In this document: in pieces, positions 20,282 to 29,573 of the stretch
How positions within the stretch are numbered: the first letter of the stretch is position 1
Layout of the letters: each line of letters opens with the position of its first letter
NCBI GenBank assembly: GCA_031963445.1
Contig: JASSUH010000002.1
Coordinates: forward strand, 78,772-142,771
DNA from: Mycoavidus cysteinexigens
GTDB lineage: Bacteria > Pseudomonadota > Gammaproteobacteria > Burkholderiales > Burkholderiaceae
DNA: 64,000 bases
Direction: 5' to 3'
The notes under the pieces: model-generated
What the model saw: the letters and a program-made list of their open reading frames with translations, nothing else
Told to the model about the DNA's origin: nothing
Database searches by the model: none
Program-made: the position numbers and the translations under genes

Positions 20282-20872
20282 TTAGTTTGGGGCGCGTAAA
20301 TATTTATAAATGGTTTCGCGGCTCACGCTAAATTCCCGGGCAACGTGTGCTTTTTTCTCGCCTTCTGCGATGCGGCGTTTCATTTCAGTCACTTGCTCAT
20401 CGGTTAAAGCTTTCTTTCTACCTTTATAGACGCCTCGTTTTTTGGCTAAGGCGATTCCTTCGCTCTGTCGTTCGCGTAGTTTCTCTCTCTCAAATTCTGC
20501 AAAAGATCCCAGAAGCGACAACATGAGTTTTGTCATCGGGGAGTCATCGCCATTAAAAACTAAGCTTTCTTTAACAAATTCGACCCGCACGCCGCGTTTG
20601 GTTAAGTCGTGCACGACTAAATGGCGTAAATCATCAAGATTGCGGGCCAAGCGATCCATACTGTGAACGAGTACGGTATCTCCGTCGCGAACATAATCAA
20701 GCAGGGCTTTTAGCCCAGGGCGATTTGTATCTTTGCCGGATACCTTATCCTTGAACAAACGGTCTACTTGAATGTTGTCTAGCTGTCGATCTAAATTTTG
20801 CTCAAAACTGCTAACGCGAATATATCCAATACGTTTACCGCTCAAAAAAGGCTCCTTAACCAATAGTGTCAA
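20282..20872 (-). CDS. Serine recombinase (resolvase/invertase family)
   Basis: N-terminal GYIRVSSFEQNLDRQ catalytic-serine motif. C-terminal HTH (VAREFSVSRETIYKYL). Confidence 0.9.
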   Translation of the reverse strand: MTLLVKEPFLSGKRIGYIRVSSFEQNLDRQLDNIQVDRLFKDKVSGKDTNRPGLKALLDYVRDGDTVLVHSMDRLARNLDDLRHLVVHDLTKRGVRVEFVKESLVFNGDDSPMTKLMLSLLGSFAEFEREKLRERQSEGIALAKKRGVYKGRKKALTDEQVTEMKRRIAEGEKKAHVAREFSVSRETIYKYLRAPN

Positions 20873-20900
20873 GTTGAACTCTAAGATCCTTAATTCAAAA

Positions 20901-20985
20901 TGTCAATAAATAAATAGTTGCATTCTAAATTGACACTTTTTCTTGATAAGTTTGATGTCTATTTGAGGTATACCTCAAATAGACA
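20901..20985. promoter_or_regulatory. Candidate res site upstream of the resolvase gene
   Basis: Inverted TGTCAAT...ATTGACA pair at 20901-20935. Perfect 30-bp palindrome TGTCTATTTGAGGTA|TACCTCAAATAGACA at 20956-20985. Confidence 0.5.
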
Positions 20986-20988
20986 CCT

Positions 20989-21104
20989 TGATAACTTAAA
21001 AAAAACTATGTTGAGACAGCTTTTTAAAAATATTGAGGGGGTACGGCGGATGAGCGCTAAATTTAGAACAGCTTGTTTGCGTTGAGTCTTGGGGTAGGAG
21101 ACAT
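20989..21104 (+). repeat. Direct repeat copy 1 (~116 bp), adjacent to the res candidate
   Basis: About 90 percent identical by eye to 25687-25803. Confidence 0.8.
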
Positions 21105-21124
21105 CACAAAGCCATCAAAGTACG

Positions 21125-21415
21125 GTGAATGCCCTGGGAAAGTGGGTTTCTTCGGGGAGTATCGGCCTGGCCGTAGTGCTTGCTGGGAGCGGCTTCCGCT
21201 TTCCGACGCTGTGGTTACCAACCCTATTAGGAACAGTCATAACGCTGATGATTCCGCTTAGCCTCTGTGTCTATCGGCAATGCTTAGACAGCACCATCAC
21301 ACAAGGGCAAGCAGAGCGCGATCACCTGCAACAGATGCACGCTACCGCCTTATCAGGGTCAGCGCATACGCCTCCGCCTTCTCCAACGCCATCTACGATC
21401 TACGGCTTTGCTTAG
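21125..21415 (+). CDS. Possible small membrane protein (GTG start)
   Basis: ORF with two hydrophobic segments. No other support. Confidence 0.2.
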   Translation: MNALGKWVSSGSIGLAVVLAGSGFRFPTLWLPTLLGTVITLMIPLSLCVYRQCLDSTITQGQAERDHLQQMHATALSGSAHTPPPSPTPSTIYGFA

Positions 21416-21619
21416 ATGCCATTTTAGGCGTGCCTATGGCGCGCTCTACTTCTTCCGTTTCTTTCTCAATTTTGAAAAATGATGTATTTAAAACCTACTA
21501 TTCAACGGACCTCTAAAACCACTGTCCCATAACGATAGCTTGTGCTTCGGTAAGTGACAGTGGATCGCTTATCACTTCACACTTCTGATTCACTAAAACT
21601 TCAAAATCAGGTATAAACA

Positions 21620-24448
21620 TCAACGTCGTTTTATATGTTCATTTAATGCGTTAAGAACTGCTTCGCTGACCTTCTCGTCTTTATCCTGTAGAGTAGAAGT
21701 CAAAACGGAAACAGCATCTGGAGATAGCGTTTCTTCTGCATTTAATATAGAAATAGCCCTCAACTTATCATTTTGATCGTATTCACTATCTTTTAAAATC
21801 TCAAGCAATACTTCCATACAAACTGTAGACAGCGTTGTATGCATGCCTAGTGCTATGGCAGCCTCAGCCTTCACTTCTTTATCTTCATCCTGTAGAACAT
21901 CCTCCAAGACGAAGAGTGCTGGCAGGGAGAGCTTCTCTTGACGGCCTAATACAGAGATAGCAGCGGCCCTAGACTTTGCCCACCCCTCATTTTCATTTTT
22001 TACAGCGTCCATCATTATTTGAATGCCAGTACTAGGTAGCGGTACTTTTTGATCGCTTAATGCTAGAGTGGCATTAAATTGCACGTCGTCGTCCTGATCC
22101 GTTAAAGCATCCTCCAAGACGGAGAGCGCTTGCGGGGGCAGTTCTTCTTGACGGCCTAATGCAGAGATTGCAGCAGCCCTAAACTCCGTCCACTCCTCAT
22201 TTTTATTTTTTACAACTTCCAGCAGCATTTGAATGCTAGTGCTAGGTAGCGGCACTTTTTGATCGGTTAATGCTAGAGCGGCGCTCAATTGCACTTCGTC
22301 GTCCTGATCTGCTAAAGCATCCTCAAAGAGGAAGAAAGCTTGCGGAGGAAGCGCCTCTTGATTGCCTAATATACGGATAGCAGTACCCCTAAACTCCGTC
22401 CACTCCTCATTTTTATTTTTTACAACGTCCATCATTATTTGAATGCCAGTACTAGGTAGCGGTACTTTTTGATCATTTAATATTACAGCGGCATTAAATT
22501 GCACTGTGTCGCTCTGATTCGCTAAAACATCTTTCAAAGCTCGAAGAGCCTCACCAGGCAGTTTTTTTCTATACAAGGTGGTTAGCTCATGTAATGCAAC
22601 GATGACTCTCATTCTATGATTATCATCATATTCATTATTTTTATTATCTAGAGCATCAATTAATATCTGAATACTAGCGCCAGACAGATATTCGTAGCGA
22701 CTCAATATTTCAGCAGCCCCAATTTTTACTGCTTTATCTTCATCCTGCAGAGCTTCCTCCAAGACGGAGAGCGCTTGCGGAGGGAGCTTCTCTTGATGGT
22801 TTAATACATGGACGGCAGCAGCTCTAGAATATGCCCTCCGTTCATTTTTATTTTTGACAATGTCAATCACTATTTGAACGCCAGTGCTAGGTAGCGGTAC
22901 TTTTTGCTGGGTTAATGCTATAGCGGCACTCAATTGCACTTCGTTGTTTTGATCTGCTAAAGCATCCTCCAAGACGGAGAGCGCTTGTGGGGGGAGTTTC
23001 TCTTGATAGCCTAATACAGAGATAGCAGTGGCCCTAAACTCTGTCCACCGTCTATTTTTATTTTTTATAACATCCACCATTATTTGAATACCAATGCTAG
23101 GTAGCGGTACTTTTTGCTTATTTAATATTAGAGCGACATTAAATTGCACTTTATCGTTCGGATCCGCTAAAGCATCTTTCGTAGCTCGGAGAGCATCATC
23201 AGGCAGTTTTTTTCCATACAAGGGCTTGGCTAGCTCATGTAATGCCTCGCTGGCTTCAATTCTACATTCGTCGTCATATTCATTATTCTTATTATCTAGA
23301 GCATCAATTAATAACTGAATATCATTATCAGAAAATTCTCTATTTATAATTAATTCCTTAGCCACTTCCATTCTCAGTATTCCGTGACTATTCTTTAAAG
23401 CAATTTTCAAAGCTAAGACCATTTCCTCTTTTACATTCTCCTCCATACTTAATACAACAATCGCTAAACGTCTATATGGAATTTTATATTCATTTTTTAA
23501 ATTTACTACCGCGTCAATTAATACCTGAAAACTGGCTGCACACTGCACTGTATTTCCATGGCTGTCAAAGGTAAAAGCTGCCGCAGCTCTCATTCTCACT
23601 AACGAATCTTTATCTTGTAAAGCAACCTCAAAAGCAAGCAGGATTTTCTCAGATAACTTACTTTGCCAGTCGCTTAGCTCACTTTGCAACTTGCTTAGTG
23701 TAGAGATTACGTTAACCCTATCATGCGTGTCATATGTTCCTTGCTCATTTACCAAAATATCAAGCAATGTTTTAATTATCGATTCGTCTAGTTTTTCATC
23801 TAGCATTTCTATTTTATTTAGTTTTTCATTTAATGTTTCATTTAGTTTTTCATTTAGTGTTTTAAATGGAATTGGCCATATAAATGAATCCAAAGCTATC
23901 TTTTTGGATTCATTTATATCTTTTTCTTTAGCTTCAAGCTTACTAGTGGTTGTCACTAAACTAGCTAACTTTCCTTGTATATTTTCAAGGCGAATTCTAA
24001 GAGCTTGTTTTTTTTCTAGGGCTTCAATTTTTTTTTGTCCGGCTTCTTGTTCCTTTTTTAATGCTTCATTCAAAGTATTACATTTTTCTTCTAAAGCGCC
24101 ACACGCTTTAGCCATAGACATAGTCATAGTGAATTGAAGTAACTTGGCTATATCACGCACAGAGCCTCTTGTATCTTCATCCGAAGTATCTGTCGCTTGG
24201 CCTACCGTTTCTTTTGCTGTATGGGATCGATTCGGTTTTAAAAACGTATCAAAAACCCATTCGTCTGTCATTTCTAGAATCTGGTCGTTATTTGCATCAT
24301 CATGCTGATCTTTGAGCATTCTTCTTTGCCCACTCATCAGCCCTTTCCAATTTTCGAGTTCTTTTTGGATATGAGATTGTTCACTACTCTGTATAACAGC
24401 CTGGTTAGAAAAACTTCTTGCCTGCCCTAAAGAATTTACTGGATTCAC
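21620..24448 (-). CDS. HEAT-repeat protein with N-terminal coiled coil; internal ~95-aa tandem super-repeats
   Basis: The unit LPPQALSVLEDALADQ..EVQ.SAA.AL..QKVPLPSTGIQI..D.VKNKNE... recurs about six times. It is preceded by a coiled-coil-like K/E/L-rich segment. Confidence 0.8.
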   Translation of the reverse strand: MNPVNSLGQARSFSNQAVIQSSEQSHIQKELENWKGLMSGQRRMLKDQHDDANNDQILEMTDEWVFDTFLKPNRSHTAKETVGQATDTSDEDTRGSVRDIAKLLQFTMTMSMAKACGALEEKCNTLNEALKKEQEAGQKKIEALEKKQALRIRLENIQGKLASLVTTTSKLEAKEKDINESKKIALDSFIWPIPFKTLNEKLNETLNEKLNKIEMLDEKLDESIIKTLLDILVNEQGTYDTHDRVNVISTLSKLQSELSDWQSKLSEKILLAFEVALQDKDSLVRMRAAAAFTFDSHGNTVQCAASFQVLIDAVVNLKNEYKIPYRRLAIVVLSMEENVKEEMVLALKIALKNSHGILRMEVAKELIINREFSDNDIQLLIDALDNKNNEYDDECRIEASEALHELAKPLYGKKLPDDALRATKDALADPNDKVQFNVALILNKQKVPLPSIGIQIMVDVIKNKNRRWTEFRATAISVLGYQEKLPPQALSVLEDALADQNNEVQLSAAIALTQQKVPLPSTGVQIVIDIVKNKNERRAYSRAAAVHVLNHQEKLPPQALSVLEEALQDEDKAVKIGAAEILSRYEYLSGASIQILIDALDNKNNEYDDNHRMRVIVALHELTTLYRKKLPGEALRALKDVLANQSDTVQFNAAVILNDQKVPLPSTGIQIMMDVVKNKNEEWTEFRGTAIRILGNQEALPPQAFFLFEDALADQDDEVQLSAALALTDQKVPLPSTSIQMLLEVVKNKNEEWTEFRAAAISALGRQEELPPQALSVLEDALTDQDDDVQFNATLALSDQKVPLPSTGIQIMMDAVKNENEGWAKSRAAAISVLGRQEKLSLPALFVLEDVLQDEDKEVKAEAAIALGMHTTLSTVCMEVLLEILKDSEYDQNDKLRAISILNAEETLSPDAVSVLTSTLQDKDEKVSEAVLNALNEHIKRR

Positions 24449-24697
24449 CTATTTCTCCTGTCTGATGCATTGAGGCCAGCTTGTTTAAGCAAGCATTTCC
24501 TACCCAAAGGCCTGCTTAATCCAATAGAGTTTTTACCATCCAGGACTTACCACGAGCATCCAGTACCTTACTGAAAACGCGGTCCCCCACGCCCGCCATT
24601 TTTGCGTGATGCACAATTTTTGATGCACAGCGATATTGGCACAAAGCCCGTGTTGCCAAGGTTTAACGTATAGAAGTGTAGAGAAAGTGATGCAGTT

Positions 24698-25303
24698 TTG
24701 AGGCGAACGGATGAGCGGAGAGAAAAGTGCTTTTGCATCGTTGAAAAAATCAATCAAAAGAGAGGAATATTGCAGAGGAGTGGGGCATGCCCTGAAGAAA
24801 AGGTAATTATTACCTTCAAATTACCTTTTATATTTTTTTCTTTCCCACAAGACGCCGAGGCTTTAGAAGCCTCGCCAGCTTGGAAAGCCATTGAAAAGGA
24901 AAGTGCCGATTGGCAAGCGAGATTGCCTGCATCCAAAGACAAGTTGTTTGATTGGTTATTTATGCAAACGCAAAAGGTGCAACTTCAACTATTAGCGGTC
25001 TATATGGCAATGACGATTAATGGGAAGGGGGCGGCAAATCGTGAGATTGGGGCGTCGATAATGGATAAATTGGCTAACGCCTTAAAACTAGATATGGGGG
25101 CATGGTGGAAACCCACGCAGGAGAGTTATTTTCATCACGTCCCCAAAACATACATCGCGCAATTGATCGCTGAAACAATATCGCTGCAAGCAGGGTTTGC
25201 TATCGCTGGCATGAAAAAAGCTGCGGCGGCAGAAATGGCGGAGCGGTACTTAGTGGATACAAAATGGGTACCAGATAACCTACGTTGCCAAAAGGCCGCA
25301 TAA
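24698..25303 (+). pseudogene. C-terminal fragment of a plasmid/ICE ParB-like protein (N-terminus missing)
   Basis: The last ~150 aa (LFDWL..Q....LL.LLA......G...........LA.AL.LDM..WW.PT...YF..V.K..I...I.E......A......MKK...AE.AE..L....W.P..LR) match my recollection of the C-termini of ICE/plasmid ParB-nuclease-domain proteins. No ParB N-domain is present. Confidence 0.4.
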
Positions 25304-25349
25304 GCAGAAAAAAGGCGCTGTTCCAGTTGGGCAGCGCCTTTTTTCTGCT
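25303..25349. terminator. Intrinsic bidirectional terminator
   Basis: Extended palindrome AGCAGAAAAAAGGCGCTG...CAGCGCCTTTTTTCTGCT. Confidence 0.65.
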
Positions 25350-25475
25350 TGTCGTAATAGCCGAAGTAATTAATAAGCCTGTTAATTTGGGGCTTTTCAG
25401 CTTATTCGATGTTTCAATAGCAAAAACCGCCTGGGCTGTTTCTCATTTTCAACCTTCCTCAAAAATACAAGCCTT

Positions 25476-25672
25476 AGGGCGCTTCCCCTTCGGGACCGGG
25501 CTGTCGCGCTGCGCGTCGAGCCTGTCTTCTCCAGTCTCGCTACATTCGTACATCCATCCCTAACGCACGCGCCTTTGGCGCTTCAACAACCTAGTTAGCC
25601 TTCGGCCCTATTGGGCCTCCAGATTAGCGCTCGCCGCGCTGCTTTTTGCGTCGGTGTCATGCAGGACATACC
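25476..25672 (+). repeat. Composite structured element, copy 1 (module A only, truncated at the start of the long hairpin)
   Basis: Aligns with 27478-27675. It breaks at CTAAATTGAC, which also occurs in the res candidate. Confidence 0.8.
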
Positions 25673-25686
25673 CTAAATTGACGTAC

Positions 25687-25803
25687 TGATAGCTCAAAAA
25701 AAACTATATTGAGACAGCTTTCTAAAAATATTGAGGGCGGTACGGCGGATGAGCGCTAAATTTGGATCAGCTTGTTTGTGTTGAGTCTTGGGGTAGGAGA
25801 TAT
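25687..25803 (+). repeat. Direct repeat copy 2 (~117 bp)
   Basis: Matches 20989-21104 and lacks the 30-bp palindrome. Confidence 0.8.
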
Positions 25804-25974
25804 TTGTAAGGCTAAAGTTGTAACGTCGTATCTGAGCAAAGTTCAAATGGCGCATGGCATGCTTTCGCTTCTTCATACAGGAGCGAGGCACGGCAATCCT
25901 CAATACGATAACGATGAGAGAACTTGATAAGCTAAAATAACTCACTCTTCATAAGACTTACAGCCAACGAAGTA

Positions 25975-27117
25975 TCATTCTTGTGATGCTCCTGTTTTAA
26001 CTTGAGGCTCCATGGAATTAAGCATTACCTGGGCTGCTCCATAGCGGAGATCCGTGCCGCCTGTCCTGTAGAATAAGTCCGATAAGGCTAAGTACGAATC
26101 CACGGACAGCGGAACGATTCGTGACAAATTAGGGTTCTTTCCGAATAACTCGGATGCCAGAGATCTGAGCTCGTGCTCTTCGTTTTGATCTAATAAGATG
26201 GAAAGCAAGCCCAAGCGCATCTCTTTGGAGATTACTTCGTCAGGCACATTTTTAAGTATCTTATCCTGACGGTTTAGTATTTTGCCTGCTGCACTCCTAA
26301 TCTTTTTATCTTCATATGTATTTGCGAAGAAAGTAATCAAAGGCAAAAATACACTATATAGAAGGTTACCATCGGGCAACTTATATCCAGCATGAAATGA
26401 AGGGCACCCCCTTAATGCTTCGGCCGCTGCGAGCCTGATATCCATATCTTTTTTAGAGATTAAAATGGAAATTAAGGCTAAAGATACCTCGAAAGATAAA
26501 GTTCGCACCGGTTTGCTTAATGCCTGAGCTACTGCAAGCTTGAGCTCTTTATCTTCCCTTTTATTCTCCAAGATAGAGGTAAGAAAATGATTAATTTTAT
26601 TGAATGCAGGAGTAGTATCTTTTGTCTGTTTCCGATAGTTATATATTAAAACGTCTTCATGCTTGAAATAATTTAAAACTTCTAAATAATTACAATACAG
26701 TGCAATAAGCTTTTTTTTCTCTTGCAGATTTTCAGGATTTCTTTTTTGCTTAGTTTCAGCAATTTTTAAAGCAGCGTCATACAGCTCTTCTATCGTGCTT
26801 AGGTTGCCCAGAAATTCACCTGTCAAACCGTCCAAATCAGACTTATAGCTCATTAAAAAACTCGCATACTCGCTATAAATTGTAATAAGTAAGTCTTCTT
26901 TTTCCTGATTAGAAAAATCTCTTGCTAGCTCTGCTTTAGTCGAGTCTATGGCTTTTTCAAAAAAGCCTCTGGCATTCTGTAAATCCTCCTGGTTTCTTGT
27001 AGGTTTGTCAAAAGCTTCTTTATACTCGCGTGCCAGTGCTAAATGGTCTATCCTCCCTGCTATAGGAGAAGCTTGATAGGATCTTAGGCTGAGTTGGCTC
27101 GATACATTATTGATCAT
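25975..27117 (-). CDS. HEAT/ARM-like repeat protein with an alpha-helical (TPR-like) N-terminus
   Basis: C-terminal units such as DMDIRLAAAEALRG, DKKIRSAAGKILNRQ and EHELRSLASELFGK. Confidence 0.6.
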   Translation of the reverse strand: MINNVSSQLSLRSYQASPIAGRIDHLALAREYKEAFDKPTRNQEDLQNARGFFEKAIDSTKAELARDFSNQEKEDLLITIYSEYASFLMSYKSDLDGLTGEFLGNLSTIEELYDAALKIAETKQKRNPENLQEKKKLIALYCNYLEVLNYFKHEDVLIYNYRKQTKDTTPAFNKINHFLTSILENKREDKELKLAVAQALSKPVRTLSFEVSLALISILISKKDMDIRLAAAEALRGCPSFHAGYKLPDGNLLYSVFLPLITFFANTYEDKKIRSAAGKILNRQDKILKNVPDEVISKEMRLGLLSILLDQNEEHELRSLASELFGKNPNLSRIVPLSVDSYLALSDLFYRTGGTDLRYGAAQVMLNSMEPQVKTGASQE

Positions 27118-27477
27118 TTTTTTCTCTAAATTATTGAAACTTTACTTAGAAGAATAGGCAAAAATAGGTAAAAAATAATCCATTGTTTAACGGAAAGCCC
27201 AGAGCATCTGCAACTGGGTGGCTTCAAAAATCAATTGCAACCTGTTTAGCCAAACGAGCTTTCTGTAATTGTTGAGCCAAAGCTTGCGTATGGCCTCTCC
27301 GAATACGCCACTGACCGAGTTTCAATCGTCGTTAATTACATTCCTTCGATCAAAATATCTTTTCTTCATCGCAACACTTTAATAACAATAAAACATTGCA
27401 CTTGAAATTAGAGATTAAGCAGTATCAAACTTTCATCTTTCCCCTCAAAATCACCTCATTGTAGATAAAACCATCAT

Positions 27478-27969
27478 GGCGTTTCCCCTTCGGGGCCGGG
27501 CTGTCGCGCTGCGCGTCGAGCCTGTCTTCGCCAGTCTCGCTACATTCGTACATCCGTCCCTAACGCACGCGCCTTTGGCGCTTCAACCACCCAGTCAGAT
27601 TACGGCCCTGTTGGGCCTCCAGATCGGCGCTCGCCGCGCTGCTTTTTGCGTCGGCAGCCAGCCATGTAGGCCATACCACCGTCTTTCCTTAGTCACTCGT
27701 CTTATCCCGCGAACATAGCTCACCTGTTTTCCCTGTGCAATGGCCGCCCCGTTGGGGCTGAAACACTCACCCGTTCGGCGCAGCCTATGGCTGCGTCCGC
27801 ATGCGGCTTCCTGTTTCTCCATTGCACAGGGAAAACAGGCGGCTATTTTTATTCGCAGGACGAGCGACTAAGGAAAAACGGCGGCATGGCAGACCAATAC
27901 ATCTTGATACCTCAACAAAAAAATTGACAGCGGACTCACGATCTTGGAAGCCGGGCAGCTTTTAAAAAC
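27478..27969 (+). promoter_or_regulatory. Composite structured element, copy 2 (module A + ~230-nt hairpin 27661-27889 + conserved tail)
   Basis: Left arm GCCATG...CCTTAGTCACTCGTC...CTGTTTTCCCTGTGCAATGG pairs with CCATTGCACAGGGAAAACAG...GACGAGCGACTAAGG...CATGGC. Tail is ACCTCAACAAAAAAAT...ATCTTGGAAGCCGG...TTTTAAAAAC. Confidence 0.75.
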
Positions 27970-28015
27970 CAAGGCAAAAGCCTTTTATTTCAATAAGTAA
28001 AAAGGAGAGTTAAAA

Positions 28016-28207
28016 ATGGATAAACCAAAGCAAAAAGGAATGGATTTTGACGAGCTAGAAACTCGGTTAGATAGCAAAACAATTTCTAGTATTAAAGATT
28101 TTATTATTAATGAATATATCGAAGTTGTAAAGAAAAATATAGGTCATGTAAAAAATACGCAAGAAAAAAAGGAAGAAGAGATAAATGAAAGCGATATCCC
28201 ATATTAA
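28016..28207 (+). CDS. Small acidic protein ending in an SSB-tail-like ESDIPY motif
   Basis: AAAGGAGAG Shine-Dalgarno sequence before the ATG. 63 aa. C-terminus is ...KKEEEINESDIPY. Confidence 0.55.
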   Translation: MDKPKQKGMDFDELETRLDSKTISSIKDFIINEYIEVVKKNIGHVKNTQEKKEEEINESDIPY

Positions 28208-28292
28208 ATATAAAGCGTAATTTTAATTAAATTTATGGCGCAAACTTATTATTATTTTAATAAATATCATTTAACTTAAGTATAAGGAATTT

Positions 28293-28673
28293 ATGATGCA
28301 AAACAGTACTTTTGTAGGAAAACTTGTTAGAAATCCAGTTTTAACTGTCAATAATGAGTGTGATGTTTGTAAATTTACATTGATATCTAACGAATTTATT
28401 GAAAAAGACAAAGAGTCGGGAGAAATTCGTGAGCGTGTTGTTTGCGTTCAATTTACTGCATTTAAAGATAAAGCAAAAGTCATTGCTAAACATACATTAA
28501 AAGGAGACCAGTTGCATATTGGCTATCGCATAGAAAATAATCATTATATAGATAAAACAACAGGAGAAGATGTTTATGGATATAACTTTATTGTTAAAGA
28601 ATTTGAATTTGGTTCGCATGGAAAATTGACGCGAGATAAATTTAATAACAGTTATTCAAAATATAATCAGTAA
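28293..28673 (+). CDS. ssb: SSB-like OB-fold single-stranded DNA-binding protein lacking the acidic C-terminal tail
   Basis: The pattern N..F.GKL.R.P.L........V.KF.L......K....GE.RE.V..VQFTAF...A..IA....KGD.L.I.Y......Y.D..G..VY....IV..FEFG parallels bacterial SSB. Confidence 0.65.
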   Translation: MMQNSTFVGKLVRNPVLTVNNECDVCKFTLISNEFIEKDKESGEIRERVVCVQFTAFKDKAKVIAKHTLKGDQLHIGYRIENNHYIDKTTGEDVYGYNFIVKEFEFGSHGKLTRDKFNNSYSKYNQ

Positions 28674-28741
28674 ATTATATTGCCCTTGCTTTGGTGGTAG
28701 AGGTATTTATATTGAATTTTTTTAAAATTTGGAGAGATTAA

Positions 28742-29551
28742 ATGTTACTAGATCATACATTAGATAGCGAAGTACATTCTTTATTTGACCATGTCTGTAT
28801 TAAAGAAATGATGGAAAAAAGGCAATTGAGATTGAATAGTTTTATTAAAATAATAGAAACATCAAAATTTAGAAAGGAAGGCTATAAAGAATCGTGTATT
28901 CCTTTTTATAGGGATTATACAAATTTAAATAACACGGGAAGAAGTTTTATAGGCTATAGATATCATGAGTATTTAGAAATTTCAGACGAAAATATGGGGC
29001 TAATAAAAAAAGATAACGACTGTAGCGGATGGTTATTTTTAATGGAAAAATCAGGCTTGTATCACTATATGGATAAAAAATCTAAGGAAGAGTGGGAGGG
29101 AATAATAAATAGAGGTGATTTTTTAGAGTTGAATTGTAAAAATATAGTAGATACTTTTAGGCCGTACTTTAATAATAAAGAAAAAATGTTTAATAGCAGT
29201 GTGTTAGATTTATTTAAAAGTATTTCTTGGGATAGGGAAAATAATAAACCTTTGGAAATAAAAAGAAAAATAATTACCTCTAGGAATGATGTATTGGATA
29301 ATTTAATTCGGATATTTTGTATTTTAAATAAAAAACCGCAATTAAATATTAATATGTACAGCGCTGTAAGGGCGGTATGTAGGAATGAGGGGGATAAGTG
29401 GGAGTGCGATGATTTCTTTATTCGTTGGTATAACAATGGAAACTACCATGTTATCTTTAAAGATAGTCCAAATTTAAAATTTAATGTTACATTAAAAAAT
29501 ATAAATAACATAGCAATGTCTGAGTACGCTAAAAATATTAACGATAAATAG
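28742..29551 (+). CDS. Hypothetical leading-region protein; paralog of 35904..36815 (possibly DUF4942-like)
   Basis: Shared W.FL.EKSG.Y.YMD.K....W.......DF...N.KNI...F. The C-terminal ...W.C..F.I.W..NGNYHV.F pattern recalls DUF4942 from memory only. Confidence 0.55.
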   Translation: MLLDHTLDSEVHSLFDHVCIKEMMEKRQLRLNSFIKIIETSKFRKEGYKESCIPFYRDYTNLNNTGRSFIGYRYHEYLEISDENMGLIKKDNDCSGWLFLMEKSGLYHYMDKKSKEEWEGIINRGDFLELNCKNIVDTFRPYFNNKEKMFNSSVLDLFKSISWDRENNKPLEIKRKIITSRNDVLDNLIRIFCILNKKPQLNINMYSAVRAVCRNEGDKWECDDFFIRWYNNGNYHVIFKDSPNLKFNVTLKNINNIAMSEYAKNINDK

Positions 29552-29573
29552 TTTTTGAAATGGATTTTATAAA

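Noticed and set aside
23094-24137. + strand ORFs antisense to the HEAT/coiled-coil gene
   Set aside because: Low-complexity Ser/Phe/Leu-rich translations of the antisense strand of a repeat-rich gene.
27476-27822. ORFs 27476..27718 (+) and 27595..27822 (-) across composite element copy 2
   Set aside because: They lie entirely within the GC-rich hairpin-forming repeat. The equivalent ORFs in other copies are not conserved in frame.
27940-27969. Possible sigma54 promoter (GG-N10-GC) in the conserved tail
   Set aside because: Only copy 2 fits GG-N10-GC. Copies 3 and 4 have GT or TT at the -12 position.
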